The notes: a model not told the origin generated them from the letters alone. A stretch of DNA of 64,000 nt from Bacteriovoracia bacterium (GCA_050246755.1 JBFWVL010000001.1:160001-224000), one strand, 5' to 3'; positions 9,704-19,956 are shown, counted from the first letter of the stretch. Translations and numbers: made by a program.

Positions 9704-10621
9704 CTAGCGCACCCGGATCCTGGGATCGATCACCACGTAGGCGATGTCCACGAGCAAATTGGCCATCACGAGCGTAAAGCCATAGACCATCGTTACGCCC
9801 ATGATCAGCGGATAATCGCGGTTCGTGACCGCATCGATGAAGTATTTTCCCATACCGGGAATCGCGAACACGTATTCGATCACGAAGGTGCCGGTGAGCA
9901 CGTAGGCCGCCAAGGGGCCAATCAGCGTGACCACGGGAATCAGCGAGTTCCGCAGAGCGTGCTTGAGCACCACCATCGATTCGCTCACGCCCTTGGCGCG
10001 GGCGGTGCGCACGTAGTCGGAACGGATGCTCTCGAGCAGGGCCGCGCGCGTGAGCCGCGCAATTAAGGCTGCCGGGCGCGTTCCTAAAGTAATGGTGGGC
10101 AAAATTTTATGCACCCACTCTTCCCAGAGCGCGGGCGGGAGCCAATTCAGCTGGAGTGAAAACACGTAGATCAAAATCGCGGCCACGAAATAAGAAGGCA
10201 GGCTGATCCCCGCCACCGCCATGAACATCGCGGAAAAATCTACCCAGGTATTTTGCTTATAGGCTGAAAGAATCCCGAGCGGGATGCCGAGCGCGATCGC
10301 CAGCACCAGCGAATAGATCCCGAGCTCCATCGAGGTGGGCAAGGTATCGAGAATGATCTCGCTCACGGTGCGGCCAATATACTTGAAGCTCGGGCCGAAA
10401 TCGAAACGGGTCATGCCGCTGAGGTAATTGAAATACTGCACGGCCAGCGGCTTATCGAGGCCGAATTTGGCTTCCACGTTGGCCTTGATGTCGGGAGGCA
10501 AGGCTTTATCGGAATCGAAGGGCCCGCCCGGCACGATGCGAAGCAGAAAAAACGTGATCGTGGCGAGCACGAAGAGCGTCGCGAAAATGGTGAGAATTCG
10601 TCTCAGGAGAAAAGCGGCCAT
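9704..10621 (-). CDS. oppB: oligopeptide ABC transporter permease (OppB)
   Basis: PGGPF, DYVRTARAKG, KHALRN, NRDYP. Confidence 0.93.
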   Translation of the reverse strand: MAAFLLRRILTIFATLFVLATITFFLLRIVPGGPFDSDKALPPDIKANVEAKFGLDKPLAVQYFNYLSGMTRFDFGPSFKYIGRTVSEIILDTLPTSMELGIYSLVLAIALGIPLGILSAYKQNTWVDFSAMFMAVAGISLPSYFVAAILIYVFSLQLNWLPPALWEEWVHKILPTITLGTRPAALIARLTRAALLESIRSDYVRTARAKGVSESMVVLKHALRNSLIPVVTLIGPLAAYVLTGTFVIEYVFAIPGMGKYFIDAVTNRDYPLIMGVTMVYGFTLVMANLLVDIAYVVIDPRIRVR

Positions 10622-10660
10622 CTATTATTTCTTATCTCTCGACCCGGCCTCAACCGCAAT

Positions 10661-12280
10661 CTAAGACTTACCGCCACTAGTTCTCATGCGGCGCCAAAGC
10701 GATCTACCTACGGATTTCCAAGAATCTTCCTCGAAATAGAAGTTCTGGAAGTACCATTTATCCAAAATATTCAAATTGACGCCCCGCAATTGAGCCCGCG
10801 CCAGGGCTTGATGGCTAGTAAAAAAGAGCGGCATGATCACGGCTTGGTCTTCCAGTAAAAGCTTCTGGGCTTCGCGATATAAGCCCGCACGCACGCCCTC
10901 GTCGGCCGTAGAAACGGCGCGCTCGATCAGCTTATCGTAAGCGGCATTACTCCAGCCCGTATAATTGCTTTCGCTCGTGGAAGTGAACACGTTCATGAAG
11001 CTATGGGGATCGGGATAATCAGCCACCCACCCGAGGTAGACGATATTGGGCATTTTTTCCCTCTTGCCCCCCGTGAGCGAAGATAAAAACTTTCCGTACT
11101 CCCGCGAATCCATCTGCTCGAGCTTGGTGCGCGCGCCCAAGTTCTCGGCTACCAAGCGCTGTAGAGTTTGGAATAATAAATTCCAGGTATCGTTTCCACT
11201 GAAGCGAACGTCTAAGGTTTGCCCAGCCAGGAGGCGGCTTTTTTGCGAATCGGTGGCAATGCCGATTTCGGGGCGGTAGCCGATCAGCCCAGGAGGAATC
11301 CAGGAAGACGTGGGATTCTGGGAACCCTGAAAAAAAGAGGCCAGGAGCGGACGGTCCAGCGCGCGGATAAAGGCGCGGCGGTTTTCTACCTTATCGAAGG
11401 GAGGTTTGCGCGTATTGAAAAGCAAATAACTCACCGACAGCTTGGGGCCCGAGCGATAGTCGGGATGCGCCTGTAGCTTACGCGCGAACGAGGGCGGTAG
11501 ATCGCGGGGGATGATATCTAGCTCCCCGTTCTCGTACATCGCGAAGGCCGTGAGCGGCTCGGCGATCATGCGGCAAATCACGGTGTCGATGGCGGGCGGT
11601 TCGCCGTGGTACCCGCGGAATCCTTTCAACACGATGCGATCGCCCTGGGTCCACTCGGCCACGCGGTAGGGCCCGAGGGTGACCAGCTTCTCGGGATCGG
11701 TCCACTGCTCCCCGTATTTTTCGATGAGATCTTTGCGGATGGGAAACGTGGAGGGCGAAGCCACGAGGTGCAAAAAATACGGCACCGGGCGCCGGAGCTT
11801 TACCTCGAGCGTGAGATCGTCGATCGCCTTCACGCCCACCCTCGAGAAATCCTTGATTGCGCCATCGGCGAAGGCTTTCGCGTTTTCAATATCGAAAAGA
11901 TGGTAGGCATTCGAACTATGCGTGGCGGGAGAGAGCAGCCGCTCCCAGGAGTCCACGAACTGCTGAGCCGTGAGCGGCGCGCCGTCCGTCCACGCCGTTC
12001 CCGCGCGCAGGCGAAACCGGTATACCTTCCCCTGCTCCGCCACGGTCCAATATTCGGTGAGCGCAGGCAGCGGGCGAATTAGTTCCAGGCGTGCGCTTTT
12101 GACGGGATCGGAATAGGTGGTGAGGCCTTCCATTACATTATCGAGAATCGTGACGGAGGTGGTATCGATGGCGCGGTTCCAATCGAGCTGCAGCGCTTCG
12201 ATGCCGAGATTAAACTGCAGGGGGCGATCGCCGCCGCTGCAGCCCACGAGCAACAGTAAAAGTGCTAAGGCTCTTGCCAC
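10661..12280 (-). CDS. oppA: peptide ABC transporter substrate-binding lipoprotein (family 5)
   Basis: LVGC lipobox, WTDGAPLTA..FV.SW, GWVADYPDP. Confidence 0.9.
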   Translation of the reverse strand: MARALALLLLLVGCSGGDRPLQFNLGIEALQLDWNRAIDTTSVTILDNVMEGLTTYSDPVKSARLELIRPLPALTEYWTVAEQGKVYRFRLRAGTAWTDGAPLTAQQFVDSWERLLSPATHSSNAYHLFDIENAKAFADGAIKDFSRVGVKAIDDLTLEVKLRRPVPYFLHLVASPSTFPIRKDLIEKYGEQWTDPEKLVTLGPYRVAEWTQGDRIVLKGFRGYHGEPPAIDTVICRMIAEPLTAFAMYENGELDIIPRDLPPSFARKLQAHPDYRSGPKLSVSYLLFNTRKPPFDKVENRRAFIRALDRPLLASFFQGSQNPTSSWIPPGLIGYRPEIGIATDSQKSRLLAGQTLDVRFSGNDTWNLLFQTLQRLVAENLGARTKLEQMDSREYGKFLSSLTGGKREKMPNIVYLGWVADYPDPHSFMNVFTSTSESNYTGWSNAAYDKLIERAVSTADEGVRAGLYREAQKLLLEDQAVIMPLFFTSHQALARAQLRGVNLNILDKWYFQNFYFEEDSWKSVGRSLWRRMRTSGGKS

Positions 12281-13122
12281 TGCAGCTTCCTCGGGCCGCC
12301 CAGGAGCTTGCGGGGCTTGGCGATATTTCCCCAGCGGGGGTCGAACTCGGGCTCTTCGAGCAAACCCAACCCTTCGTAGGCCGCCATCCAGGCGCAGAGA
12401 AGCGCATCGAACGCCGTGAGCTCCTGGGATAGCTGGGAAATCTCGCTATTGTATAAAAATAAATGCGGGATCTCGGGATGCCGCGGAGGCGAACTTAGTT
12501 TATCGAGCAAGGTGAAGCGATTCTCGAGCCCGTCCTCCACGTCGCGGGCCCGGCGCAGCTCGCGGGAATTAAAATCGTACTGCTCCGCGATCCCGCTCAG
12601 CGCCAGGCGCGGATTCACTTCGAGCAAGGTTTCCGCCTCGAGATGGCGGCGCAGGTACTGCATGCGCACGGCTAGCGGGGCGCGCGAAGAGCCGAACGAT
12701 TCGTCCACCGGAAAAGGCACGATCGCATCGTCTTGCCATTTTCCCCGCATTAAATAGTCCACGGGCCGCTGAGTATACGGCGAAGGGAATCGTACTTTCC
12801 CCCAGCGCTTGCCCTCTTCGCGCATCCAGCGCACGGCCCCTACTTCGCAGCGGGAAAACGTGGGGCAAATATCGAGGGTGCAAGCCACGCAGGGCGGCAG
12901 CGAGAGCGGAGCATCGATGCCGATGATCTCGGGCTCGAGCTCGTTCAGGTAGGCGATGAGCTGATCGTCGGAAGATTGCTCCTCGGTGGACTGAAAATTC
13001 GTGCGCAGCTCAGCAAGGAAAACTTTTTTCTGCTCCGGAAAATAATCGAGCGCCACCACCGCCGTGCGGCGGCCGCTGCCCAGTTCCAGCCCAACGTATC
13101 GAGTCTTAGTACTCATAGTCAC
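12265..13122 (-). CDS. DUF429-like RNase H-fold protein with a Cys cluster
   Basis: GIDAPL, LEVNP, DALLCA motifs; CxxCxxxxCxxxxxC insert. Confidence 0.7.
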   Translation of the reverse strand: MTMSTKTRYVGLELGSGRRTAVVALDYFPEQKKVFLAELRTNFQSTEEQSSDDQLIAYLNELEPEIIGIDAPLSLPPCVACTLDICPTFSRCEVGAVRWMREEGKRWGKVRFPSPYTQRPVDYLMRGKWQDDAIVPFPVDESFGSSRAPLAVRMQYLRRHLEAETLLEVNPRLALSGIAEQYDFNSRELRRARDVEDGLENRFTLLDKLSSPPRHPEIPHLFLYNSEISQLSQELTAFDALLCAWMAAYEGLGLLEEPEFDPRWGNIAKPRKLLGGPRKLQWQEP

Positions 13123-13149
13123 CTATCGTACCAGAAAAGAGAGGCGCTC

Positions 13150-14160
13150 TTAGTAAGAGTTGATGCTCAGGCCTTCGGAGTCCACGTGGAAATCGATGAT
13201 CTTCGCGTCTTTTTCGCGGAGTTTTTTGATCAAGGGATATTTATCCGTGGGATTCGTCCAGAACATCACGCAGCCACCCCCGCCGGCGCCGCAAATTTTG
13301 GCGGCCTTCGCGCCGTTCTCTTTGGCGAAGGTGATCAGCTCTTCGATTTCCGGGGTGGAAATCTCGGGAGCCAGCTTCCGGCGATGTTCCATCTCGAACT
13401 CGATCGCTTTCGCGGCCTCTTCGTAACGGCCGGTTTTGAGCGCCACTTCGAGCTCGAGGGTAGCTTCCTGGATCGCGTGCATATGGCCTTGCACTTCTTT
13501 GTTGCCATCGAGGAAATCGCGCATCACTTGCCAGTTATTGATCCCGGAATTGCGGGTTTTGCCGCTATAGATCAGCACGATCCGCGATTCGATCTGGTGG
13601 GCGAGAATATGCGAATGGCGCAGCAATCCATCGCCGGTGACTTCGAGGAGAACCGAATTCAAGCCGCCGTACATGGCCGGATAATAATCCTGCACGCCCG
13701 CGGGCTTACGCAGCACCTGGGTTTCCACGTTTTTGGCGATCGTGATGAGCTCTTCGCGGGAATGGCGGCCGCCGATCAGGCTATTCATCGCTCCGCAGAG
13801 CGCGATATTGAGCGCCGAGGATCCGCCGAGGCCGGCGCCGGCGGGGCTCATGCAGGAAGTGGAAATTTTCAATCCGCCCTCGGGGCGGAAGAAGGCGAGC
13901 AGCCGCAATACCAGCTCTAGGGGATGGCCCGGCTCCACTTCGTCGACGTAATCGATCGACGGTAGGCGGTGATTCAGTTCCTGGTCTTCCGAGCGGATCT
14001 CGATGGCGTTGCCGCCCACTTGCTCGATCTTCGCTTTAGCGCGCTGATCGATCGCCACGTTCAAGGTGCGGGATCCGGGGTGAAAAAGGTAGAGCGGCCA
14101 GATATCGGTGGTGCCACCGGCGAGGTCGATGCGAGTGGGTGCGCTGCTGTTAACGATCAT
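13150..14160 (-). CDS. GHMP sugar kinase (HddA heptose-7-phosphate kinase-like)
   Basis: APTRIDLAGG.TD, PAGAGLGGSS, G.QD, KICGAGGGG. Confidence 0.87.
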   Translation of the reverse strand: MIVNSSAPTRIDLAGGTTDIWPLYLFHPGSRTLNVAIDQRAKAKIEQVGGNAIEIRSEDQELNHRLPSIDYVDEVEPGHPLELVLRLLAFFRPEGGLKISTSCMSPAGAGLGGSSALNIALCGAMNSLIGGRHSREELITIAKNVETQVLRKPAGVQDYYPAMYGGLNSVLLEVTGDGLLRHSHILAHQIESRIVLIYSGKTRNSGINNWQVMRDFLDGNKEVQGHMHAIQEATLELEVALKTGRYEEAAKAIEFEMEHRRKLAPEISTPEIEELITFAKENGAKAAKICGAGGGGCVMFWTNPTDKYPLIKKLREKDAKIIDFHVDSEGLSINSY

Positions 14161-14190
14161 TTTGTCTCCTTAGCAACCGGAAAATTCCGC

Positions 14191-14733
14191 TTAGAGCGGG
14201 CGTTCCACGGCGCCGATATAGGAGAGACCTCGATACCGTTCTTGGTGATCGATCCCGTAGCCGACAACGTATTCGTCCCCGATCTGGAAGCCCACGAAAT
14301 CGATTTCGAATGGGCTGCGCAGGGTATGAGGTTTCAGGAATAGCGTACAAACACGCAGGCTCGCGGGTTTGCGGGCCTCCAGCGTTTGCATGAGGAATTG
14401 CAAAGTAGTTCCCGAATCAATCACGTCTTCCACGAGCAAAACGTGTTTTCCGGCCACGGAGCTCGCGAGGTCGAGAGTAACTCTCACCTCACCCGATTGT
14501 TTCGGGCGGCTTCCATAACTGGTGATACCGAGAAAATCACAATTCATCGGCAGATCGATGCCGCGGATCAAATCGGAGAAAAACACAAAGGAACCCTTCA
14601 GCACGCAAATTGCGACGAACGGTTCTTTCCCTTGGTAATGCTCCTCAATCTCTTTTGCCAGTTCCCTTACGCGCGAACGGAGGCGTTCCTCCGGAATCAG
14701 GCAGCGGGGATTGTCTGGCCTTTCGATCGCCAT
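14191..14733 (-). CDS. hpt: hypoxanthine phosphoribosyltransferase (copy 1)
   Basis: VLKGSFVFFSDL, VLLVEDVIDSGTTL, VVGYGID. Confidence 0.93.
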   Translation of the reverse strand: MAIERPDNPRCLIPEERLRSRVRELAKEIEEHYQGKEPFVAICVLKGSFVFFSDLIRGIDLPMNCDFLGITSYGSRPKQSGEVRVTLDLASSVAGKHVLLVEDVIDSGTTLQFLMQTLEARKPASLRVCTLFLKPHTLRSPFEIDFVGFQIGDEYVVGYGIDHQERYRGLSYIGAVERPL

Positions 14734-14957
14734 CGATCTTCCTTACTACGAATGGGCAGAGTCTCACGACTCGGCTTTCGGCTTTGGTCCGGTCTCTCCG
14801 GATATTTAATAAACCTTTGCGTTCTAGCACTTGCCATCAATTCTGAAAGCTTCGCGCTAACGCTACTAAGAATTTAAATTAACTTAGATTGCCGTAAAGC
14901 GGAATGCTAACGGCGTAGATTCTTCTTTTTCACGAGGAGAAAACGCGGTGCGCAACC

Positions 14958-16298
14958 CTACTTCGAGGGTTTCGCCACCTTGGGCTTAGACACCGACGCG
15001 GGTTTCGGTGAAGGTTTGGGTTTTCCCACTACCTTCACCTTGGCCGGTTTACTTTTCGGCTTATCGGCAGGAATCACCCCATTCGCCGGCACCGGCGCAA
15101 GCGGGAGATCAGCCACCGTTTCCACGCCGCAAAAAGTTTTCCATTCCGGCACCTGCTTGAGTGCGGGCCTCATCTCGGCAACGCACTGCGGAGCGTAAGA
15201 ATAGAGCAGCCCGCCCCCGGCCAGCTTCGCCAACAAAGGCTTTCCGCGGCCCGGAACAAAACCGAGGCAAGCATTCGTGCGGCCCATCGGCATCCGGGTT
15301 CCGTCGAAATTATATTTCGCCTCGTGGGCCACTACGCCGTCGTTCTCCGCCATCCAGTTTACTTCGGGCGTGAGCCCCACCAGCTTCACCCCATTTTTTC
15401 CGGCCGCGAGCAAAGGCCAGCCATTTCCGCGGCCGTGGTCCGAATAGTAATAATCGCCGAACTTAAAAAATCCCGGTCGCTGCAAACCATTCCCGCCTTT
15501 GGTACCACATTTTTTCAGCATCCCGCGGTGCTGAGGATCGCCGGGGTACCCCGCGCCCGCCATTCCACCGCCATGGGAAACCTTTTCCTGCAGGAGCTTC
15601 CCGTTCGCGAGATCGAGGAGGTAAAAGCGCTTATTGCGCGAGTTCTGCGAATAGTCGGCGATGCCGATCACCGGCTTGGTAACCTTCCGCGGGCCGGCCT
15701 TTTCCTTTTGCTGGCGGGAATAAAACAATAAAGCTTGTTTAAGTGGGGCGGACGGCACGCCCATCGCGTGAAATTTATTATAAAGCTCGCAGAGAGGTTC
15801 CTTCTTCGCTTCGGGCGGAGTGGTGGCGGGTGTTGCTTTAGGAGCCGCCTCGGGGCGCGGCTTCGGGAGCGGCACCGGCTCGGCTTTCGGGCGCTCGAGC
15901 GCCGGGCGGCGGTCCGAGAAAGGATCGAGTTTGTCGGCGGTGGCGTCCATCGTCTGGCAGGTGGCGCATTTTTCTTTCTCCGCCCCGTTCTCCGTGGCCT
16001 TAAGGCCCGCCGAGATCTTACGGCTAAGAATCTGCCTCAGCTCTTCGGCCGTGATTTCATAGTAACCATCGAGGGCTTTACCGTCGGGACTAAACACGCG
16101 GATCACGGCGATGTCGGTGAGCTGCTCGGAAACCTCGTAGCTATAGCCCTGGCTCGCGGGCAGCACGAGCGGCGTTTTCGAATCGTGATCCTGCAGCTTC
16201 AGCTCGAGCTCTACATTGTAGCGCGTGGCCGCGCGCACGTGAGCGCCAGCGCAAAGCGCCATGAGCGAAACGATCGTAAAGAAAACAAAGTTCCTCAT
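14958..16298 (-). CDS. secreted murein L,D-transpeptidase-like protein (YkuD_2-type domain)
   Basis: Signal peptide; ADYSQNS..KRFY, VSHG, VVAHEA and GRTNAC catalytic His/Cys; Pro/Lys-rich tail. Confidence 0.8.
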   Translation of the reverse strand: MRNFVFFTIVSLMALCAGAHVRAATRYNVELELKLQDHDSKTPLVLPASQGYSYEVSEQLTDIAVIRVFSPDGKALDGYYEITAEELRQILSRKISAGLKATENGAEKEKCATCQTMDATADKLDPFSDRRPALERPKAEPVPLPKPRPEAAPKATPATTPPEAKKEPLCELYNKFHAMGVPSAPLKQALLFYSRQQKEKAGPRKVTKPVIGIADYSQNSRNKRFYLLDLANGKLLQEKVSHGGGMAGAGYPGDPQHRGMLKKCGTKGGNGLQRPGFFKFGDYYYSDHGRGNGWPLLAAGKNGVKLVGLTPEVNWMAENDGVVAHEAKYNFDGTRMPMGRTNACLGFVPGRGKPLLAKLAGGGLLYSYAPQCVAEMRPALKQVPEWKTFCGVETVADLPLAPVPANGVIPADKPKSKPAKVKVVGKPKPSPKPASVSKPKVAKPSK

Positions 16299-16306
16299 CC
16301 CTTTCT

Positions 16307-16334
16307 TTATCGGTAAAAAGGGAGAAAAACTTAA
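16307..16334 (-). promoter_or_regulatory. sigma28 (FliA)-type promoter
   Basis: TTAAG-N15-ACCGATAA. Confidence 0.75.
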
Positions 16335-16385
16335 TGAAACTAAGTACTTTGCCGGCTTTTGCCCTAGGAGAAAACCCTAGGCATT

Positions 16386-17015
16386 TTACATACTTACGGT
16401 AGAAGCCGCGGGGCTATGGGTTATGCCTCGCCGAGCCCCCCTCCCAACCCGGATTTCGGGTTCGGGATGGTGATGCGCCCGGCAGCGTGCTTCGTAGGAA
16501 TCTTGGGCGCCCACGAGCACCGTTTCGTCGGAGCTGGAAACGCGCTGGGAGCGAGTGGCGGGAGCCGAGCAAACCACGCAGATCGCGCTCAGCTTGGTCA
16601 CTTGCTCCGCCGTGGCGAGCAAACCGGGCATCGGACCAAAAGGCTTGCCGCGGAAATCCATATCGAGGCCAGCCACCACCACGCGGATCCCCCGCATCGC
16701 TAGACGCTCCACCACTTCGAGCAAACCATCGTCGAAAAACTGGGCTTCATCCACGCCCACTACGCGCGTAGAATCATCCACCTTCATCAAGATTTCGTGG
16801 GCGCTTTGCACGGGAACGGAATCAATGCGATTCGCATTGTGAGAAGCTACGTACTCGACTCCATAGCGATCGTCGATGGCGGGCTTGAATACCTGCAGCT
16901 TCTGGCGTGCAATCTGCGCGCGCTTCATCCGGCGGATCAACTCCTCGGTTTTTCCGCTGAACATGCAGCCACAGATAACTTCCACCCAGCCGTACGCGCT
17001 TACGCCTTCTCTCAT
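16386..17015 (-). CDS. tdk: thymidine kinase
   Basis: GCMFSGKTEEL, VDEAQFF, AGLDMDF, Zn Cys motifs; GGGGA RBS before ATG 17015. Confidence 0.95.
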   Translation of the reverse strand: MREGVSAYGWVEVICGCMFSGKTEELIRRMKRAQIARQKLQVFKPAIDDRYGVEYVASHNANRIDSVPVQSAHEILMKVDDSTRVVGVDEAQFFDDGLLEVVERLAMRGIRVVVAGLDMDFRGKPFGPMPGLLATAEQVTKLSAICVVCSAPATRSQRVSSSDETVLVGAQDSYEARCRAHHHPEPEIRVGRGARRGITHSPAASTVSM

Positions 17016-17140
17016 CCGAATATTCCCCCATTTCGGCCTGCACGGCCGACCCGGCGAGAATCCTAAAAGGATTGAAAAATGAATGCAACAATGTTGCGCC
17101 GCGCCCACTCCAAATACTTCCGGTCACTTCTGGCAAAAAG

Positions 17141-17164
17141 AAAGGGCTCCGCAAGGAGCCCTTT
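17141..17164 (-). terminator. Rho-independent terminator of the secreted-protein operon
   Basis: aaagggctcc-gcaa-ggagcccttt hairpin with a U-tract on the minus strand. Confidence 0.85.
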
Positions 17165-17181
17165 GTGTTTAACCACTTAGG

Positions 17182-17274
17182 TTAATTTCCGCCGGGCGGT
17201 GCGCCCTGCGCGTGCAGACTAGACAGGCGATGCCTCGTTTGGTTCGTCGGTTTTTTCCATGTGCCTATTTTCAT
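17182..17274 (-). CDS. putative 30-aa small protein MKIGTWKKPTNQTRHRLSSLHAQGAPPGGN
   Basis: G-rich RBS (GAGGGGGG) before ATG; lies between the upstream gene and the terminator. Confidence 0.45.
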   Translation of the reverse strand: MKIGTWKKPTNQTRHRLSSLHAQGAPPGGN

Positions 17275-17308
17275 ACGCACCCCCCCTCATCATTAAAGAG
17301 CGAGAAGA

Positions 17309-18571
17309 CTAGATCGCGCCGCGGCGGCCGATTTCTTTAATGCGTGAACGCACCATCGTGAAGATCGAGCCGCTGTCTTCGGTATGAATACCGGCGTTCT
17401 GATCCGTGGTGGCGAGATCGCGCGTGGGCTCGGCACCACCGAGGGTGGAATCGAGCGGGGCGCCGGCATCGAGGCCGAGATCGGCGAGGCTATCGTTGCC
17501 CTTGGACTTCATTCCGAGGAAGGAAGGACGCGAACTGCCGTTGCTATAGCCTTCGAGATCTTCGGACGCTTTGGCGAGCGCGGGAGCCAAGGCCGCAGGA
17601 CCAGCTGCACCCCCTTCTCCGCCGCCACCGGCGCCGAGACTGCCCATGCTGCTGGAGCCAGACGAATTTCTGCCTTCACTGCCGCTACCCGCGGGCGCGC
17701 CGGTGAACATCTCGGGCTTCGCGCTGGAAATGCCGGAGTCAAAGCTCGCGCCGTTGCCGGGATTGAACACGCCGGTTTTCGACTCGGCGGTTTTATCGTC
17801 GGTGCCGCCGATGCCCACTTTATTGCCGGCGAGCTGGTTGCCGCTCAAGCTGGAGCCGGCCACTTTCTCGGGAGTGGTCACGTCGGATTTAGGAGCTTCG
17901 GCCTTAGGCTTCTCTTCTTGCTTGGGCATCTCGGGCATTTTCGGAGGCTCCATGCCTTTGCCGTTTTCGTCGCCCTTTTTTTCGTTCTCCGCCATTTTAG
18001 CGGCTTCCGCGTCTTTTCCGGCGGCAGCTTGCTCGGCGGCGCCGGCAGCTTGCTTACATTTATCCGCAACTTTTTTCGCTTCCGCGGCAGGACCCGAGCC
18101 CACGTCGGATTCGCTACACTTGCTCTCAATTTCGGACGAGCAAGTATTGAGCGGTTCCACTAGTTCGCGAGCGTTGCCCGCCTGAGCCTTGCTTGCATCA
18201 CTTCCGGCAGAGCTTACGCCCGCACCTTTATTCATGCTATTGCGAGCGCTGGCAGCCTTGGCTAAGGCGGCCGCATTGTCTTTAGCGGCCGAAGTACCTT
18301 TCGCCACGATGCCGGCGTCTTTGGCTTTCGCCTTGGCAATAGCTTTTTCTACGGCCTGCTTCTGCTTTTGTACTTCAGTAGAACAGGCACTCATGCATTT
18401 CTGCTTCTGTTCGTCTTTTTCCGCAGCACTGCAATTGGGCTCGCTACCGCCGCCGCCATAAGCGGAGACGATGCTGTCGAGGTAAGGCGAAGCGGAAGCC
18501 TGCGCGCTTGCGAGAGAAACTCCCATAATTGCCATCAAACTAATTTTCGAAATGCTAGAAACCATCCGCAT
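17309..18571 (-). CDS. secreted low-complexity Ala/Gly/Ser-rich protein
   Basis: Signal peptide, spaced Cys, C-terminal SIFTMVRSRI motif. Confidence 0.8.
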   Translation of the reverse strand: MRMVSSISKISLMAIMGVSLASAQASASPYLDSIVSAYGGGGSEPNCSAAEKDEQKQKCMSACSTEVQKQKQAVEKAIAKAKAKDAGIVAKGTSAAKDNAAALAKAASARNSMNKGAGVSSAGSDASKAQAGNARELVEPLNTCSSEIESKCSESDVGSGPAAEAKKVADKCKQAAGAAEQAAAGKDAEAAKMAENEKKGDENGKGMEPPKMPEMPKQEEKPKAEAPKSDVTTPEKVAGSSLSGNQLAGNKVGIGGTDDKTAESKTGVFNPGNGASFDSGISSAKPEMFTGAPAGSGSEGRNSSGSSSMGSLGAGGGGEGGAAGPAALAPALAKASEDLEGYSNGSSRPSFLGMKSKGNDSLADLGLDAGAPLDSTLGGAEPTRDLATTDQNAGIHTEDSGSIFTMVRSRIKEIGRRGAI

Positions 18572-19883
18572 TTGCTACCCCTTTTCCCCCAATGGAACGG
18601 CCACGAGAGTCGAAACCATAAATCATACGAAACTTTTCCTGGTACTTACGGTGCACCACCTGAAAGATCGAGGAAGCGGCCCGCATCTGCGCGGTATCGC
18701 GATCGGCCAGGGCGGCCTGAATCTCGGGACTCAGCTGATCGCGATCGCCGGCCAAGCTGGTGGCGGCGTCGGGAGCTTTATCTCCGCCGAGGAGATCGGA
18801 CATATCGTCGAGCTCTTTCGAAGAGCTGGAGCGCGAAGCGCTTTTGCCGGCGGTGGAGATAGGATCCACGGGAACCGTGCTCGCGAGATCGCGGCTGAGC
18901 TCATTCATGCCCGCCATCGCCGCATCTTTTTGTTCCTGCGACATATTCTTAGCCGCCGAGAAGGCCATATTCATTTCGTCGGCGGTGAACGCGTTCTTCG
19001 GCGCGTTCATCAGCAACGAACGAGGATCAGCGCCATTCAGCAGCGCATTCGCGAAATCTTCGCGCGGGATTCCGAAGTTTTTCTCGAATTCGTTAAATAC
19101 GGAGGCCGCTTTGCCTTCCCGCAGCAACGAAGGGTCGATTTTAATCGGCGTCGTATTGCCGGTTCCGTTTCCGATATTGGATCCCGCCACTTGCACCGGA
19201 GCGGCTTCGGTCAAATTGCCTAAATTAGAGCCGTTGGTGGCGGCTTGCTTGCCGCTTTCTTTACCGGCCATCAGCCCCATTAGGCCTTGAAGCATCTGCA
19301 TCGCCCCTTGGGCCATCGACATCATGGCATCGTTACAGCCGGCCACGGCTTCGGCGCGGGTTGGGCGAAAAAGATCGAAAAGCATTTTGGCTTTGGAGCC
19401 ATTCCCCATGCAGAGGAAAGCATTCTCCGCGGGTTTGGAATAACGATTCCATCCCGTGGGCGACATTTGCGCAGGCCCACTCTCTTGCATGCGGGGTGCG
19501 CTCGGAGCTTGCGGAGCAGAACCGCCGGGCGACATGTTCTGAATGGCTTTCCCGGCGCCTTGCGCGGCACCATCCTGCGCGGCTTTATTCGCGGTAGCTT
19601 CTTTACCGGCGCCATCGCAGCCTTCTTTGCAGCAAGCCATCTGCTGCTTGCCCTTCGCCATGGAGTTAGCACCCTGAGCGGCAGTGGTGGCACCGATCGC
19701 AGAACTTAAAGGACCGGCCATACCTTGCAGACCTTTGGCCGCGGTAAAGGCAGCGCTAGGATCGAGGCCAGCGGCATTCACCGTAGTAGGAGCCATACAA
19801 ATCGCCGTGCTCAGCACGCAAACAGAAGCCGTGCGCGTAAGCGAACGCAGCGAACTAACTATTTGATAACGAAAAGACCCCAT
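18555..19883 (-). CDS. secreted low-complexity protein with Gly/Met-rich helices
   Basis: Signal peptide, MAQGAMQMLQGLMGLMAG, C-terminal SIFQVVHRKY motif; overlaps the next gene. Confidence 0.8.
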   Translation of the reverse strand: MGSFRYQIVSSLRSLTRTASVCVLSTAICMAPTTVNAAGLDPSAAFTAAKGLQGMAGPLSSAIGATTAAQGANSMAKGKQQMACCKEGCDGAGKEATANKAAQDGAAQGAGKAIQNMSPGGSAPQAPSAPRMQESGPAQMSPTGWNRYSKPAENAFLCMGNGSKAKMLFDLFRPTRAEAVAGCNDAMMSMAQGAMQMLQGLMGLMAGKESGKQAATNGSNLGNLTEAAPVQVAGSNIGNGTGNTTPIKIDPSLLREGKAASVFNEFEKNFGIPREDFANALLNGADPRSLLMNAPKNAFTADEMNMAFSAAKNMSQEQKDAAMAGMNELSRDLASTVPVDPISTAGKSASRSSSSKELDDMSDLLGGDKAPDAATSLAGDRDQLSPEIQAALADRDTAQMRAASSIFQVVHRKYQEKFRMIYGFDSRGRSIGGKGVANADGF

Positions 19884-19928
19884 ACAGATTCCCCCAAGGA
19901 GGATTGCCCCTCCTTTAATCTTACCTCT

Positions 19929-19956
19929 TAATCGACTCTTTTATTCAGGAACTTGA
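19929..19956 (-). promoter_or_regulatory. sigma28 (FliA)-type promoter
   Basis: TCAAG-N15-GTCGATTA. Confidence 0.7.
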
